This document shows positions 19,633 through 29,169 of a stretch of DNA of 64,000 bases, in pieces. The stretch's first letter is position 1. The number at the start of each line of letters is the position of its first letter. The stretch covers positions 53,715 through 117,714 of the forward strand of contig CAVTHW010000008.1 in assembly GCA_963734625.1 (NCBI GenBank). The letters are read 5' to 3'. The DNA is from Bryobacterales bacterium. GTDB lineage: Bacteria > Acidobacteriota > Terriglobia > Bryobacterales > Bryobacteraceae. A program made the translations under genes and the position numbers. The notes below the pieces were generated by a model that did not search any database, was not told where the DNA came from, and saw nothing but the letters and a program-made list of their open reading frames with translations.

Positions 19633-20079
19633 ATGCCTCTTCTTGAAAGGATTCAACAGGAAATTGCACAGGCGATGAAAGCCCGGGACGAGCTCCGCCT
19701 GGGAGCCCTGCGGCTGATCAAGACCGCCCTGAAGAAACACGAGGTGGACGCCATGAAGCCGCTGGACGAGGCCACCGAAATACAGGTACTCAAGAGACTG
19801 GCGAGCCAGCGCGCCGAGGCCCAGGAGATCTTCAGCAAAGCCGGCCGGCCGGAGCTGGCCGAGAAGGAGGCAGCCGAGCTGCGCATCGTCGAGTCGTTCC
19901 TGCCCGCGGCGCCCACCGACGAGGAGATGGACGCGGCGATCGCAGCCGCGCTGGCCGAGACGGGCATAACCTCGGTCAAGCAGATGGGTGTGGTGATGAA
20001 GGCCGCCCAGGCCCGGCTCGCGGGCAAGCGGGTGGACGGAAAAGTCCTCAGCGACAAAGTGCGGGGCAGGCTAAGCTAG
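19633..20079 (+). CDS. GatB/YqeY-domain protein
   Basis: ..I..AMKARDELRLGALRLIKTA.. and ..GVVMKAAQARLAGKRVDGK..S..V are typical YqeY blocks. Confidence 0.85.
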   Translation: MPLLERIQQEIAQAMKARDELRLGALRLIKTALKKHEVDAMKPLDEATEIQVLKRLASQRAEAQEIFSKAGRPELAEKEAAELRIVESFLPAAPTDEEMDAAIAAALAETGITSVKQMGVVMKAAQARLAGKRVDGKVLSDKVRGRLS

Positions 20080-20084
20080 CGGGG

Positions 20085-20435
20085 TCAGCCGCAGCATTTT
20101 CCGGTTTGGAGCCCCACCAACTCGGCCAGTTCCTGCCGGGAGGGATAGCCTCCCAGGCTCGCGATGCTTCCGTCGACCAAGATGAGCGGCAGACAGGGTA
20201 TTCCCTCTTCCGAAAGCGCGGCCTTCACCACGTCGTTGCCCGCGAAGGCCTGAGGATGCTGCGCGAGGTTGTAGCGTTCCACCGGAATCCCTTGCGCCGA
20301 CAGCCATTCGAGGTCCGCGGCGAATTGGAGCAGCGCCGGATCCGTCATCGGAATATGCGCGCCGGCCGGGCAACACAGAGGCGCATCGTAAACCTGTAGT
20401 TTAGGCAACACTCCAGTCTGCCACGGGGCGGACAT
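20085..20435 (-). CDS. arsD: ArsD-family arsenic metallochaperone-like protein
   Basis: Aligns along its length with R773 ArsD from memory (..VYDAPLCCPAG.., ..ERYNLAQHPQAF.., ..LPLILVDG.., C-terminal KCCG). Start moved to the ATG at 20435 to avoid overlapping the divergent gene. Confidence 0.7.
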   Translation of the reverse strand: MSAPWQTGVLPKLQVYDAPLCCPAGAHIPMTDPALLQFAADLEWLSAQGIPVERYNLAQHPQAFAGNDVVKAALSEEGIPCLPLILVDGSIASLGGYPSRQELAELVGLQTGKCCG

Positions 20436-20463
20436 CGCGTGAGGAATGCTAGAGTGATGGAGT

Positions 20464-22086
20464 TTGGCCATGCTCAGCTACGCGCGGGGACCTGAGGTCC
20501 CGCTCCTGGAAAAGACGATCCACCAACTTCTGGACGAGGCGGCGGCGCGCTGTCCGGATCAGGAGGCGGTCGTCTCGCGGTGTCAGGGAATCAGGCTGAC
20601 CTACCGGCAACTCCGGGATGAGTCGCGGCGCGTTGCGCGCGGCCTGTGGAGCTTGGGTATTGGGCCGGGCGATCGCGTCGGAATGTGGTCCACGACCTGC
20701 GTCGAGTGGATCTACCTTCAGACCGCCGTGGCCCGCCTGGGGGCGGTGCTGGTGAACCTGAATCCGGCCTACCGGGTGCTCGATCTGGGGCCCATCCTTT
20801 CCCGATCCCGCATCAAAGCGCTCTTCTTCCACGAGAAAGACCAACGTGCGGATTACGCCGGGATCCTGGCCGAAGCCAGGGAGGGCCAGGACCTCCCCCT
20901 CGGGCACCCGATCCGGCTGGAGTCCGGGGATTGGGACCGGATGATCGAGGGCGGCCAGGACTTCCCCGAGATCGCCGTCAGCCCTAAGGACACCGTCAAC
21001 ATCCAGTACACCTCGGGCACCACCGGCGCCCCCAAGGGCGTGCTGCTGACGCACCATAACTTGGTCAACAACGGGAACTTGATGGGGAACAACATGCGGA
21101 TCACCGCGCGCGACCGCATTTGTGCGCCCGTCCCGCTTTACCACTGCTTCGGCTGCGTCATCGGCGTAATGGTGGCGATGACGCACGATGCGACTCTGGT
21201 GCTGCCCGCCGCCCAGTTCGATCCGCTGGCCACACTCGAAGCAGTTGAGGCGGAGCGGTGTACCGCGCTCTATGGTGTGCCGACCATGTTCATCGCCGAG
21301 TTCGAGCACCCGGAATTCAGCCGCTTCGACCTGAGCTCGCTGCGAACCGGCGTGATGGCCGGCTCACCCTGCCCGATCGAACTGATGAAGCGGGTAGCCG
21401 GCGAGATGCACTGTGCCGAACTCACGATCGTGTATGGGCAGACCGAGACTTCGCCGGGCATCACCCAGTCGGCAACCGGCGATTCGCTGGAGTTGCGGGT
21501 GACCACCGTGGGACGGCCGCTGCCCAATACCGAGGTGAAGCTGGTGGACCCCGCGACCGGGCGGACCGTGGAGATCGGCGAGCACGGAGAGCTTTGCACC
21601 CGCGGCTACCTGGTCATGCGGGGTTACGATGCGGACTCGCAAGGCACTGCCCAAGTGATCGACGCCGAGGGTTGGCTGCACACCGGGGACCTGGCCCTGC
21701 AGCGTCCGGACGGCTGCTTCCGTATCACCGGCCGGGCCAAGGACATGATCAGCCGCGGCGGGGAGAAGGTATATCCGCGCGAGATCGAGGAGTTCCTGCA
21801 CCGGCATCCCAAGGTGGCCGATGTTTACGTCGTGGGATTGCCGGATGAGCGTCTAGGCGAGAGCGTGCTGGCCTGGGTCAAACTGAAGAACGGAACCTCG
21901 GCGACGGCGGAGGAACTGCGCCAGTTCTGCAAGGACCAGATCGCCTATTTCAAGATCCCTCGGCACATCCGCTTCGTGGAGTCGTTTCCCATGACCGCCA
22001 ACGGGAAAGTGCAGAAGTATCTGATCCGGGAGCAGGAAATCCGCTCGCGCGGGCTGGAGCAGGTGGCCGGCATCGTCACGGCGTAA
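20464..22086 (+). CDS. AMP-dependent acyl-CoA synthetase/ligase
   Basis: YTSGTTGAPKGV, ..GYLVMRGY.., ..TGDL.., ..GRAKDMI.RGGEKVYPREIE.. adenylation motifs. Confidence 0.85.
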   Translation: MAMLSYARGPEVPLLEKTIHQLLDEAAARCPDQEAVVSRCQGIRLTYRQLRDESRRVARGLWSLGIGPGDRVGMWSTTCVEWIYLQTAVARLGAVLVNLNPAYRVLDLGPILSRSRIKALFFHEKDQRADYAGILAEAREGQDLPLGHPIRLESGDWDRMIEGGQDFPEIAVSPKDTVNIQYTSGTTGAPKGVLLTHHNLVNNGNLMGNNMRITARDRICAPVPLYHCFGCVIGVMVAMTHDATLVLPAAQFDPLATLEAVEAERCTALYGVPTMFIAEFEHPEFSRFDLSSLRTGVMAGSPCPIELMKRVAGEMHCAELTIVYGQTETSPGITQSATGDSLELRVTTVGRPLPNTEVKLVDPATGRTVEIGEHGELCTRGYLVMRGYDADSQGTAQVIDAEGWLHTGDLALQRPDGCFRITGRAKDMISRGGEKVYPREIEEFLHRHPKVADVYVVGLPDERLGESVLAWVKLKNGTSATAEELRQFCKDQIAYFKIPRHIRFVESFPMTANGKVQKYLIREQEIRSRGLEQVAGIVTA

Positions 22087-22170
22087 GCCGCTCCGCTCCG
22101 GATGTCCCTTCCAAGTTCGCTATTGACAGCACGTCCCTGTGTACATAGAATATCTATGGTTAGATAATCT

Positions 22171-22521
22171 ATGGGAAGATCTTCATCCGAGATCCGGTCC
22201 GAACTCGTGCCAGGCACGCTCGAAATGCTCATCCTGAGCACGCTCATCCGAGGCCCAATGCACGGCTACGGCATCGCGCGCAGGATCGAGGACTCCTCGG
22301 GAATGGAGTTGCGCGTTGAGGAGGGGTCGCTCTATCCGGCTCTACAGCGGATGTTGAGGAAGGGATGGGTCACCGCGGAGTGGGCCGTGACCGAGAACAA
22401 GCGGGAGGCGCGCTACTACCGCCTGACACGCAGCGGCCGGAAGCAGCTCGGCCAGGAGGTGGACAAGTTCCGGCGCGTCACCAGCGCCATCGAGAGGACG
22501 CTTCGGCCGGCGGAAGGTTGA
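22171..22521 (+). CDS. PadR-family transcriptional regulator (acidobacterial type)
   Basis: LEMLILSTL..GPMHGYGI..I...S......EGSLYPALQRM..KGW winged-helix pattern. Stop is 2 nt before the permease ATG. Confidence 0.85.
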   Translation: MGRSSSEIRSELVPGTLEMLILSTLIRGPMHGYGIARRIEDSSGMELRVEEGSLYPALQRMLRKGWVTAEWAVTENKREARYYRLTRSGRKQLGQEVDKFRRVTSAIERTLRPAEG

Positions 22522-22523
22522 TC

Positions 22524-25070
22524 ATGAACGAACTCATACGCAGACTGCGGACGCTGTTCCGGCGGCGCGCCATGGACCGTGAGATGGAGAAGGAGTTGCA
22601 GTTCCATCTCGAAATGAAGGCGCTCGATTCTGGCGACCCCGCGGCGGCGAGGCGCGCGGTGGGAAGCTCGCTGAGCTGGCGGGAACAGGCTTGGGACGCC
22701 TGGGGCTGGCGATGGCTGGACGAGGTCGCGCGAGATGTTCGCTTTGCCGTCCGTGGCCTTGGCCGGAGTCCCGGCTTTGCTGTGGCGGCGATCACGACTC
22801 TGGCCTTGGGGATCGGAGCCAATTGCCTGATTTTCAGCGTGGTGGATGCGACGGTCCTGAGACCCCTTCCGTTCCGGGAGCCGGAGCGATTGGTGTCCGT
22901 CGCGGCTACGATAGCGAAGATGCCCGGACGGAGTGGAATGCCGAGCCTTTCCACATTCCTGACATGGCGGAAGGCGGGCGTCTTTGAGGAGTTGGGTGCG
23001 CAACGGTATGAAACCTTCGACGTCGGTGGCAACCCCTACCCGGAGCAGATCAGCGGCCAGGAAGCCTCCGCGAGTTTCTTCCGGGTCCTCGGCGTCCAAC
23101 CCGAATTGGGGCGCACGTTTCTTCCGGAAGAGGAGATCCCCGGCGGGAACAACGTGCTGCTAATCAGCCACCGCCTGTGGCGGACGCGATTCAACGGCAA
23201 TTCCAAGATCATCGGGTCCAAGATTTCGCTCGGCGGGGCAAGGTCCGGTGTCTTCACCATCGTCGGAGTGCTTCCGCCCGCCATTCAATACGCTGACAGG
23301 GGGATCGGAGACGTTTGGGCGCCATTGGTAAAAGAACAAGGCGGCAATCTGGCCGTCGTAGGCAGGCTGAGATCCGGGATGTCTCCGCAGGCGGCCGGGC
23401 AGGCGATTTCGGCATCCGGACAGGGTGCCATGCTACTTCCATATCAGGAGGAACTGGTAGGGCGCATCCGGCCTATGATGCAGATGCTCGGCGCTGCCGT
23501 GTTGCTTGTACTGCTGATCGCATGTGTGAATGTGGCGAATCTCATGCTCGCTCGTGGCGCCGTGCGCGCTCAGGAGTTCGCCGTCCGCTCGGCGATTGGC
23601 GCGGGCCGGGGTCGTCTGTCGCGGCAACTGTTAGTGGAAAGCCTCGTGCTCGCGTTGGCGGGAGGCGCGGCGGGCGCGGCGCTGGCATACGCCAGCATGG
23701 GCGCGGTGCGGGGCCTGATGCCGAAACGGATCTTCCGGGCCGATGCTGTCTCGGTGGACCTGCGGGTACTCGGCTTCACGCTGGGCGTTTCCGTGTTGGC
23801 CTGCATTCTGTTTGGCTTGCTACCCGCGATGCGCGCCGCGCGCTCCGGACCGCGGCCGGACCTGCTTAGCGTAAGAAGCCGCCCGATGGGACGCGGGTTT
23901 GCGCGCAGTGCTTTGGTCGTGTCCCAAGTCGCTCTCGCCCTGATGCTGGCAATCGCCGCTGGCCTGATGACCAAGAGCTTCGTGCAACTGGTGTGGAAAG
24001 ACCTTGGGTTCAATCGTCAGGATCTGCTGACTCTGCAAACGGGTCTGCCCATAGATGTTTACAAAGACTCCGCGCGCCGAATTCCCCTGGAACGGGAGAT
24101 CACGAGCAGGCTTGGATCCTTGCCCGGCGTCCGGTACGTTGGCATCTCCGATTTTCGGCCACTCGGCCCGGGCATGATGCGGGTTGCCGCCCGAACCAAC
24201 TCTGACGAAGCGCGGAAGTCAGCTAGCTTGATGGGGGTTACGCCGAGCTTCTTCGACGCCATGGGAATTCCGGTTCGGCGCGGGCGTCGGTTCACGGACC
24301 AAGATAAGCCTGGTGCTCCGGCGGTGGCGATCGTCAGCGAGGCCGCCGCCCGGCTTTATTGGCCGGGCCGGGACCCCATCGGGCAGTCCCTTCTGATTCC
24401 GGCGGGCAGGGACCCGGAATCCGCCTACTCGGTCGTCGGCGTAGCGGGAGACGCGGTGGGGATGCGCATCACGGACAAGCCTCGTGCGGCAATCTATGTT
24501 CCGCACGCGCAGCGCATGTCAACATCGGCGCTCGACATTGTCGTACGGGTTCAGCCGGGGATTTCGACGGATAACCTGATTCCCGCGATCCGCGCCCAAC
24601 TGGCTTTCGTGAATCGCGCCCTCTCGGTGAAAGATGTTCTCACAATGCAGTCCGTGATTTCTTCCGAGTTGGCTCAGGCGCGGTTTCTGACCGCGGTGCT
24701 CGGGACGTTCGCGGCCCTGGCGCTGGCCCTGACTCTGACCGGCATGGCTGGCGTGGTGGCTTACCTTGTCAGCACCCGGACATTCGAATTCGGAGTGCGC
24801 CTGACTTTCGGCGCCACGGGACGGAGCATTCTCGCTCTGATCCTCGGTTACGGCGGACGCCTGGCCCTCATTGGAATCGGCCTCGGGCTGGCGGGCGCGT
24901 GGGGATTGGGCCGGCTGCTCACGTCCTACCTATACGAGGTGAAACCCGGCGACGCGGTGATCATGGCATCCGTTCCGCTGCTGGTCCTGGCTGCCGTGCT
25001 GGTTGCGTGTTATGTGCCCGCCCGCCGGGCCATGCGAATCGATCCCGTTCAGGCGCTGCGGCACAACTGA
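22524..25070 (+). CDS. duplicated MacB/FtsX-type permease (ADOP family)
   Basis: ATG at 22524. N-terminus MNELIRRLRTLFRRRAMDREMEKELQFHLEM. Two MacB_PCD + FtsX halves. Paired with PadR. Confidence 0.85.
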   Translation: MNELIRRLRTLFRRRAMDREMEKELQFHLEMKALDSGDPAAARRAVGSSLSWREQAWDAWGWRWLDEVARDVRFAVRGLGRSPGFAVAAITTLALGIGANCLIFSVVDATVLRPLPFREPERLVSVAATIAKMPGRSGMPSLSTFLTWRKAGVFEELGAQRYETFDVGGNPYPEQISGQEASASFFRVLGVQPELGRTFLPEEEIPGGNNVLLISHRLWRTRFNGNSKIIGSKISLGGARSGVFTIVGVLPPAIQYADRGIGDVWAPLVKEQGGNLAVVGRLRSGMSPQAAGQAISASGQGAMLLPYQEELVGRIRPMMQMLGAAVLLVLLIACVNVANLMLARGAVRAQEFAVRSAIGAGRGRLSRQLLVESLVLALAGGAAGAALAYASMGAVRGLMPKRIFRADAVSVDLRVLGFTLGVSVLACILFGLLPAMRAARSGPRPDLLSVRSRPMGRGFARSALVVSQVALALMLAIAAGLMTKSFVQLVWKDLGFNRQDLLTLQTGLPIDVYKDSARRIPLEREITSRLGSLPGVRYVGISDFRPLGPGMMRVAARTNSDEARKSASLMGVTPSFFDAMGIPVRRGRRFTDQDKPGAPAVAIVSEAAARLYWPGRDPIGQSLLIPAGRDPESAYSVVGVAGDAVGMRITDKPRAAIYVPHAQRMSTSALDIVVRVQPGISTDNLIPAIRAQLAFVNRALSVKDVLTMQSVISSELAQARFLTAVLGTFAALALALTLTGMAGVVAYLVSTRTFEFGVRLTFGATGRSILALILGYGGRLALIGIGLGLAGAWGLGRLLTSYLYEVKPGDAVIMASVPLLVLAAVLVACYVPARRAMRIDPVQALRHN

Positions 25071-25089
25071 TCACTTGACGCGGCCCGGC

Positions 25090-26214
25090 CTAGACGAAGT
25101 AATCCTTGACCTTATCGAAGATGCCCTTCTCTTCAGGCCGATTGTCGGCGGGGAGGCTCTGGCGCAGGCTCTCCAGCAGTTTGCGCTGCTCCTTGGTCAG
25201 CTTGCGGGGAACCCGCACGTCAACGTGAACGTAGAGATCACCGCGCCCGTTTCCATTCAAGTGCGGCGCGCCCTTTCCGCGCAAGCGGATCTGCGCGCCA
25301 TACTGCGTGCCTTCCGGGATATTCAATGTCTCCGGCTCATCCATTGTCGGAACCTGAATCTCCGCGCCGAGAGCCGCCTGGGCTAGGTTGATCGGCACTG
25401 TGCAGTGCAGATTGCTCCCATCGCGGGTGAACACCGGATGCTCCTGGACCTTGAGAAACACATACAGGTCTCCGGGAGGTCCGCCGTTGTATCCCGGCTG
25501 CCCTTCCGAGGAAAGGCGCAAGCGGGTGCCGTTGTCGACGCCCGGTGGAACGTTGATTTTCAGCCGGCGCTCGGCGCGGACCGCGCCCTGGCCGCGGCAC
25601 CCGGTGCAGGGCTGGCGGATGATCTTGCCGCTTCCGGCGCACTGGCCGCAGGTTCGCCGGACCGACAGGAAGCTCTGCTGGTAGATGACCTCGCCCCGTC
25701 CGCGGCAGGCCGAGCAGACCGTCAGGCCGGAACCCGGTTCGGCGCGCGTGCCCTGGCAACGCGAACAGGTCTCGTCGCGTGGAATCAGGACCTGGGCGTT
25801 CATGCCGCGGATGGCATCTTCGAAGCCGATCTCCAGGTCGTAGCGCAGGTCCTCGCCGCGCTGCGCCTGGGTCCGGCCGCGGCGGGTGTTGGTCCCGAAC
25901 AGATCTCCAAAGCCGAAGAAGTCCCCGAAGATGTCGCTGAAATCCGCGAATGTGGACGGATCGAAACCGCCCCGGCCCGCCCCAGCGCTGGACAGCCCCT
26001 GGTGTCCGTAATGGTCGTAGACACCGCGCTTCTCCGCGTCGCCCAGCACGCTATAGGCCTCGGCCGCTTCTTTGAAATTCTCCTCGGCGGTATGGTTGGC
26101 GGGATTACGGTCGGGATGATACTCGAGCGCCTTCTTGCGATAAGCGCTCTTTATTTCCTGCACGCCGGCCTCGCGGGTGACACCCAGCACCTCGTAATAG
26201 TCCCGCTTGCTCAC
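25090..26214 (-). CDS. dnaJ: chaperone DnaJ
   Basis: J domain (DYYEVLGV..HPDRNP), G/F region, four CxxCxGxG zinc-finger repeats. Confidence 0.95.
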   Translation of the reverse strand: MSKRDYYEVLGVTREAGVQEIKSAYRKKALEYHPDRNPANHTAEENFKEAAEAYSVLGDAEKRGVYDHYGHQGLSSAGAGRGGFDPSTFADFSDIFGDFFGFGDLFGTNTRRGRTQAQRGEDLRYDLEIGFEDAIRGMNAQVLIPRDETCSRCQGTRAEPGSGLTVCSACRGRGEVIYQQSFLSVRRTCGQCAGSGKIIRQPCTGCRGQGAVRAERRLKINVPPGVDNGTRLRLSSEGQPGYNGGPPGDLYVFLKVQEHPVFTRDGSNLHCTVPINLAQAALGAEIQVPTMDEPETLNIPEGTQYGAQIRLRGKGAPHLNGNGRGDLYVHVDVRVPRKLTKEQRKLLESLRQSLPADNRPEEKGIFDKVKDYFV

Positions 26215-26771
26215 GCTTCACGCTGCCCTTCAACGGAGGGCGCCACGCCCACTCTGACCATCGCCGGGCGCAGAAGCCTGCCCCGGAAGTTATAGCCCTT
26301 CTGCAGCTCGGCCAGGACGGTGTGGTCCTCCACCTCGGTGGTCTCCCGCATCTCGATGGCGTGGTGGATGTTCGGATCGAACTTCTGCCCCTCCGCCGGG
26401 ATCGGCTCGAGTCCCAGTTTCTGAAGCTCGGAGGAGAACCTCTGGAGAATCAGCTCGACGCCCTGGGCGAAGTGCGCATCGGTGGTCTCAGTCTGGAGCG
26501 CTCGCTCGAAATCGTCTAGTAGGGGGAGCAGCTTGCCCAGCGTCTCCATGGCCGCGTACTCCCAAGTGTCGGCCTTCTCGCGCTCGGCGCGCTTGCGAAA
26601 ATTGTCAAACTCCGCCATCCGCCTGAGCAGACGATCCTTAAGCTCGGCGTTCTCCGCGGCGAGTTTGTCCCGTTCCGCCTCGACCGAAGCCAGTTGCGCG
26701 GCGGCGTCCGACTCCTCGCCCTCGCGTTCCTCGACCGGTTCATCCCTATCGTTCAATCTCATTCGTATCAT
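26211..26771 (-). CDS. grpE: nucleotide exchange factor GrpE
   Basis: Coiled N-terminus, then ..LLRRMAEFDNFRKRAEREK.. and ..GYNFRGRLLRPAMV... 4-nt overlap with dnaJ. Confidence 0.9.
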   Translation of the reverse strand: MIRMRLNDRDEPVEEREGEESDAAAQLASVEAERDKLAAENAELKDRLLRRMAEFDNFRKRAEREKADTWEYAAMETLGKLLPLLDDFERALQTETTDAHFAQGVELILQRFSSELQKLGLEPIPAEGQKFDPNIHHAIEMRETTEVEDHTVLAELQKGYNFRGRLLRPAMVRVGVAPSVEGQREA

Positions 26772-26807
26772 CTTTTAGAGTAACAAAGTGAGCGCTGGCC
26801 AGCTCAA

Positions 26808-27845
26808 TCAGGAGGGCAGATGCTGCAAGGTGCGGCCGACGCCCAATACGGCGGCTATCACCTTCCCGTAGTGCATCCGCATGGGACCGAGCACCGCAAC
26901 CTTCGCGGTCATGCCGCCGGGCGTCGCGACCTTGATGCCGATCAGGGAGAGTTCGCGCATGGCGGGGTGCAGTTCTCCCAAGCCCACCTGCACCTTGACC
27001 TCGCCCGAAGGCTCGGCCAGAAAGCGGTCCAAAAGCTGGAGGATGCGCTTCTTCTGCTCGAGCGCCTGCAACAGCTCGCGGGTGGTCTCGCGGGTCATAT
27101 GCAGGTCCAGGGCGACCAGATAGGATGCGCCTTCCATGTGGACGGACGGGTCGAGGTCGATGTCCAGAATCCCGCGCGCGTATAGCGTGTTGAGGCGTTT
27201 CAGCAGGGCGTCGTAGTAAGCGCTCTGCGATTCCAGCCGGCGCTCCAGTTCGTCGCGCGCGTCGGCCAGGACCCAGCCGCCGAAGTTTTGGTTGAGGTAG
27301 TTGCGGATGGAAGCCAGTTCCTCGGCCGGGACCGCCTCGTCCAAAGTGATCACGCGGTTTCTCACGACGCGGTCGCTGGTCACCACGATGGCTAGCACGC
27401 GCCGGTCCGCCAGGGGGAGCAGTTCGACGCGGTCCAGGGTCTGGCTGGCGGCCGGAATGGCCGCGGCGATGCCCATGTTGTGGGTCCACTCGGTGAGCAG
27501 GCGCGAGGAGCGTTCCACGCCCTCCTCGACGCCCTCCACGCCGCTGAAGCCTTGATTGAGGCGCTCCATTTCAGCCGTGGATGGACGGTGGACGATCATG
27601 TCCTGCACGAAGAACCGAAACGCCTTTTCGGTGGGGACGCGGCCGGCGGAGGTGTGCGGCTGGGATACATAGCCTTCCTCCGACAGGCTGGCCATGGCGT
27701 TGCGGATGGTGGCGGGGCTGAGGGCGCCATGTCTGCGCCTGGAAACGGTTCGGGAGGCGACCGGCTCACCGGTCGCGATATACTCCCTGACGATCCAATG
27801 CAGAACCTCGGCCTTGCGGCGCGATATTTCGAGTGCTTCCACCAT
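26808..27845 (-). CDS. hrcA: heat-inducible transcription repressor HrcA
   Basis: ..GEPVASRTVS.......SPATIRN.M..L.EEGY..QPHTSAGRVPT.. N-terminal wHTH. Upstream of grpE. Confidence 0.9.
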   Translation of the reverse strand: MVEALEISRRKAEVLHWIVREYIATGEPVASRTVSRRRHGALSPATIRNAMASLSEEGYVSQPHTSAGRVPTEKAFRFFVQDMIVHRPSTAEMERLNQGFSGVEGVEEGVERSSRLLTEWTHNMGIAAAIPAASQTLDRVELLPLADRRVLAIVVTSDRVVRNRVITLDEAVPAEELASIRNYLNQNFGGWVLADARDELERRLESQSAYYDALLKRLNTLYARGILDIDLDPSVHMEGASYLVALDLHMTRETTRELLQALEQKKRILQLLDRFLAEPSGEVKVQVGLGELHPAMRELSLIGIKVATPGGMTAKVAVLGPMRMHYGKVIAAVLGVGRTLQHLPS

Positions 27846-27873
27846 GCGAGAGCCGGGGACACCCCCCGACCGT

Positions 27874-27903
27874 ATTCTAGGGGATGGAGCGAAGAATGGT
27901 CAA
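27874..27903 (-). promoter_or_regulatory. candidate sigma70-type promoter for hrcA
   Basis: Minus strand reads TTGACC-N18-TAGAAT. The -10 box ends 29 nt upstream of the hrcA start. Confidence 0.35.
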
Positions 27904-27957
27904 GCTGTGCTGCTGCGCCGGCATGCGCTGTGCTAAACTCGCAGAGGCACCGCAAGC

Positions 27958-28033
<76 letters not shown>

Positions 28034-28232
28034 TTAAAATCAGCACTCTACGTGTCAGGTCTCGTTCGCGACCAGCCGTTTGACCCACCAGAAACGATTC
28101 AGATCGCTCCAGCCCCCGCGCTCACTCGGACCGCAGGCCATGCCGTACCACGCCCGCCGGAAGTTAGCGGGCATGGGTCGATGCGAGTCGCTTGCGATTT
28201 GTAATATTACATAATACAGTGAAGGTGGAGCG

Positions 28233-28874
28233 ATGACCGCAAACCTCCAGCGATGGCGGCGGCGAAACAGCCTTACTCAGGTTGACGCGGCAGCCTTGCT
28301 GGGCGTCTCGCAGCCCTACCTTTCGCTGCTTGAGAAGGGTGCGCGGCCTTTGACGGCGGAACTGCGGAACCGCCTGAGGGTGGTCCATCCGGCCCAGCGT
28401 AGCGATTCGGCCGGCGAAGGCTTTCAGGCGAAGTTGAGGGCGCTTGGGTATCCAGGGTTCTCTCACGTCACGCCTTCGCGGCCGCGGCCCAGTCCTGACG
28501 CCTTGCTGTTGTCAGTGCTCGCACGGCCTGACGTGAATTCGCGGGTGGTTGAGGCGCTGCCCTGGCTGGTCCGGCGGTATGCCGCTCAACTGGATCTGGC
28601 CTGGCTGGTCCGGCAGGCGAAGCTTCAGAATCTGCAAAACCGCTTGGGCTTTGTGCTTCAGACAGCGGGGGCCGAGACACCGGAACTTCCGGCCGTGGTT
28701 CAAGAATTGGAGCGGGCGCGGCTACTCCAAGAATCTACCCTTTGCTGGGATTCCATGCCCGCGGCGGCTCGCGAATTGATGCGCCTGAATCGGCCTGTTC
28801 TGGCGGTGCATTGGAATGTGGTCACCACACTGCGGCCCGAGGATTCAAGCCATAGCGGCTGGCCGCCCCGCTGA
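28233..28874 (+). CDS. XRE-family HTH protein with C-terminal extension
   Basis: LQRWRRRNSLTQVDAAALLGVSQPYLSLLEKGARP HTH at the N-terminus. Sits 200 nt from tRNA-Lys. Confidence 0.7.
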   Translation: MTANLQRWRRRNSLTQVDAAALLGVSQPYLSLLEKGARPLTAELRNRLRVVHPAQRSDSAGEGFQAKLRALGYPGFSHVTPSRPRPSPDALLLSVLARPDVNSRVVEALPWLVRRYAAQLDLAWLVRQAKLQNLQNRLGFVLQTAGAETPELPAVVQELERARLLQESTLCWDSMPAAARELMRLNRPVLAVHWNVVTTLRPEDSSHSGWPPR

Positions 28875-28879
28875 GCCGT

Positions 28880-29140
28880 GGCACTCATTCCTCACGGAAT
28901 TGGACGCTCAACTCGGCGAGCCCCCGGACTTCCACTGTCTCGACGTCTTGAGCGTGATTCCGGGGCTACGAAAGCCGGCTGGTCCGCGCATTTCCTGTTT
29001 GCCCCAATGTCCGCCTCTGGGCTCTCGAACCACACGATACCCTGGTCGCGTTGGCCGAAATGATGCTGTTGGCGCTGCCCGAGACACATGAGCGTCAAGA
29101 AGCGCGTCCGCATCATCCTGGAATGGGCGAAGTGCAGTAG
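28880..29140 (+). pseudogene. decayed partner gene of the XRE protein (possibly nucleotidyltransferase/DUF6036-like)
   Basis: Fragments in three frames (WHSFLTELDAQLGEPPDFHCL.. / ..LVALAEMMLLALPE..). No intact ORF. Family guess is weak. Confidence 0.25.
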
Positions 29141-29169
29141 ATCTATGCTCAAGGCATCGAACAGCCGAA

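Noticed and set aside
27846-27957. CIRCE operator upstream of hrcA
   Set aside because: Only TTAGCAC is present. The second arm (GAGTGCTAA) 9 nt away is absent on either strand.
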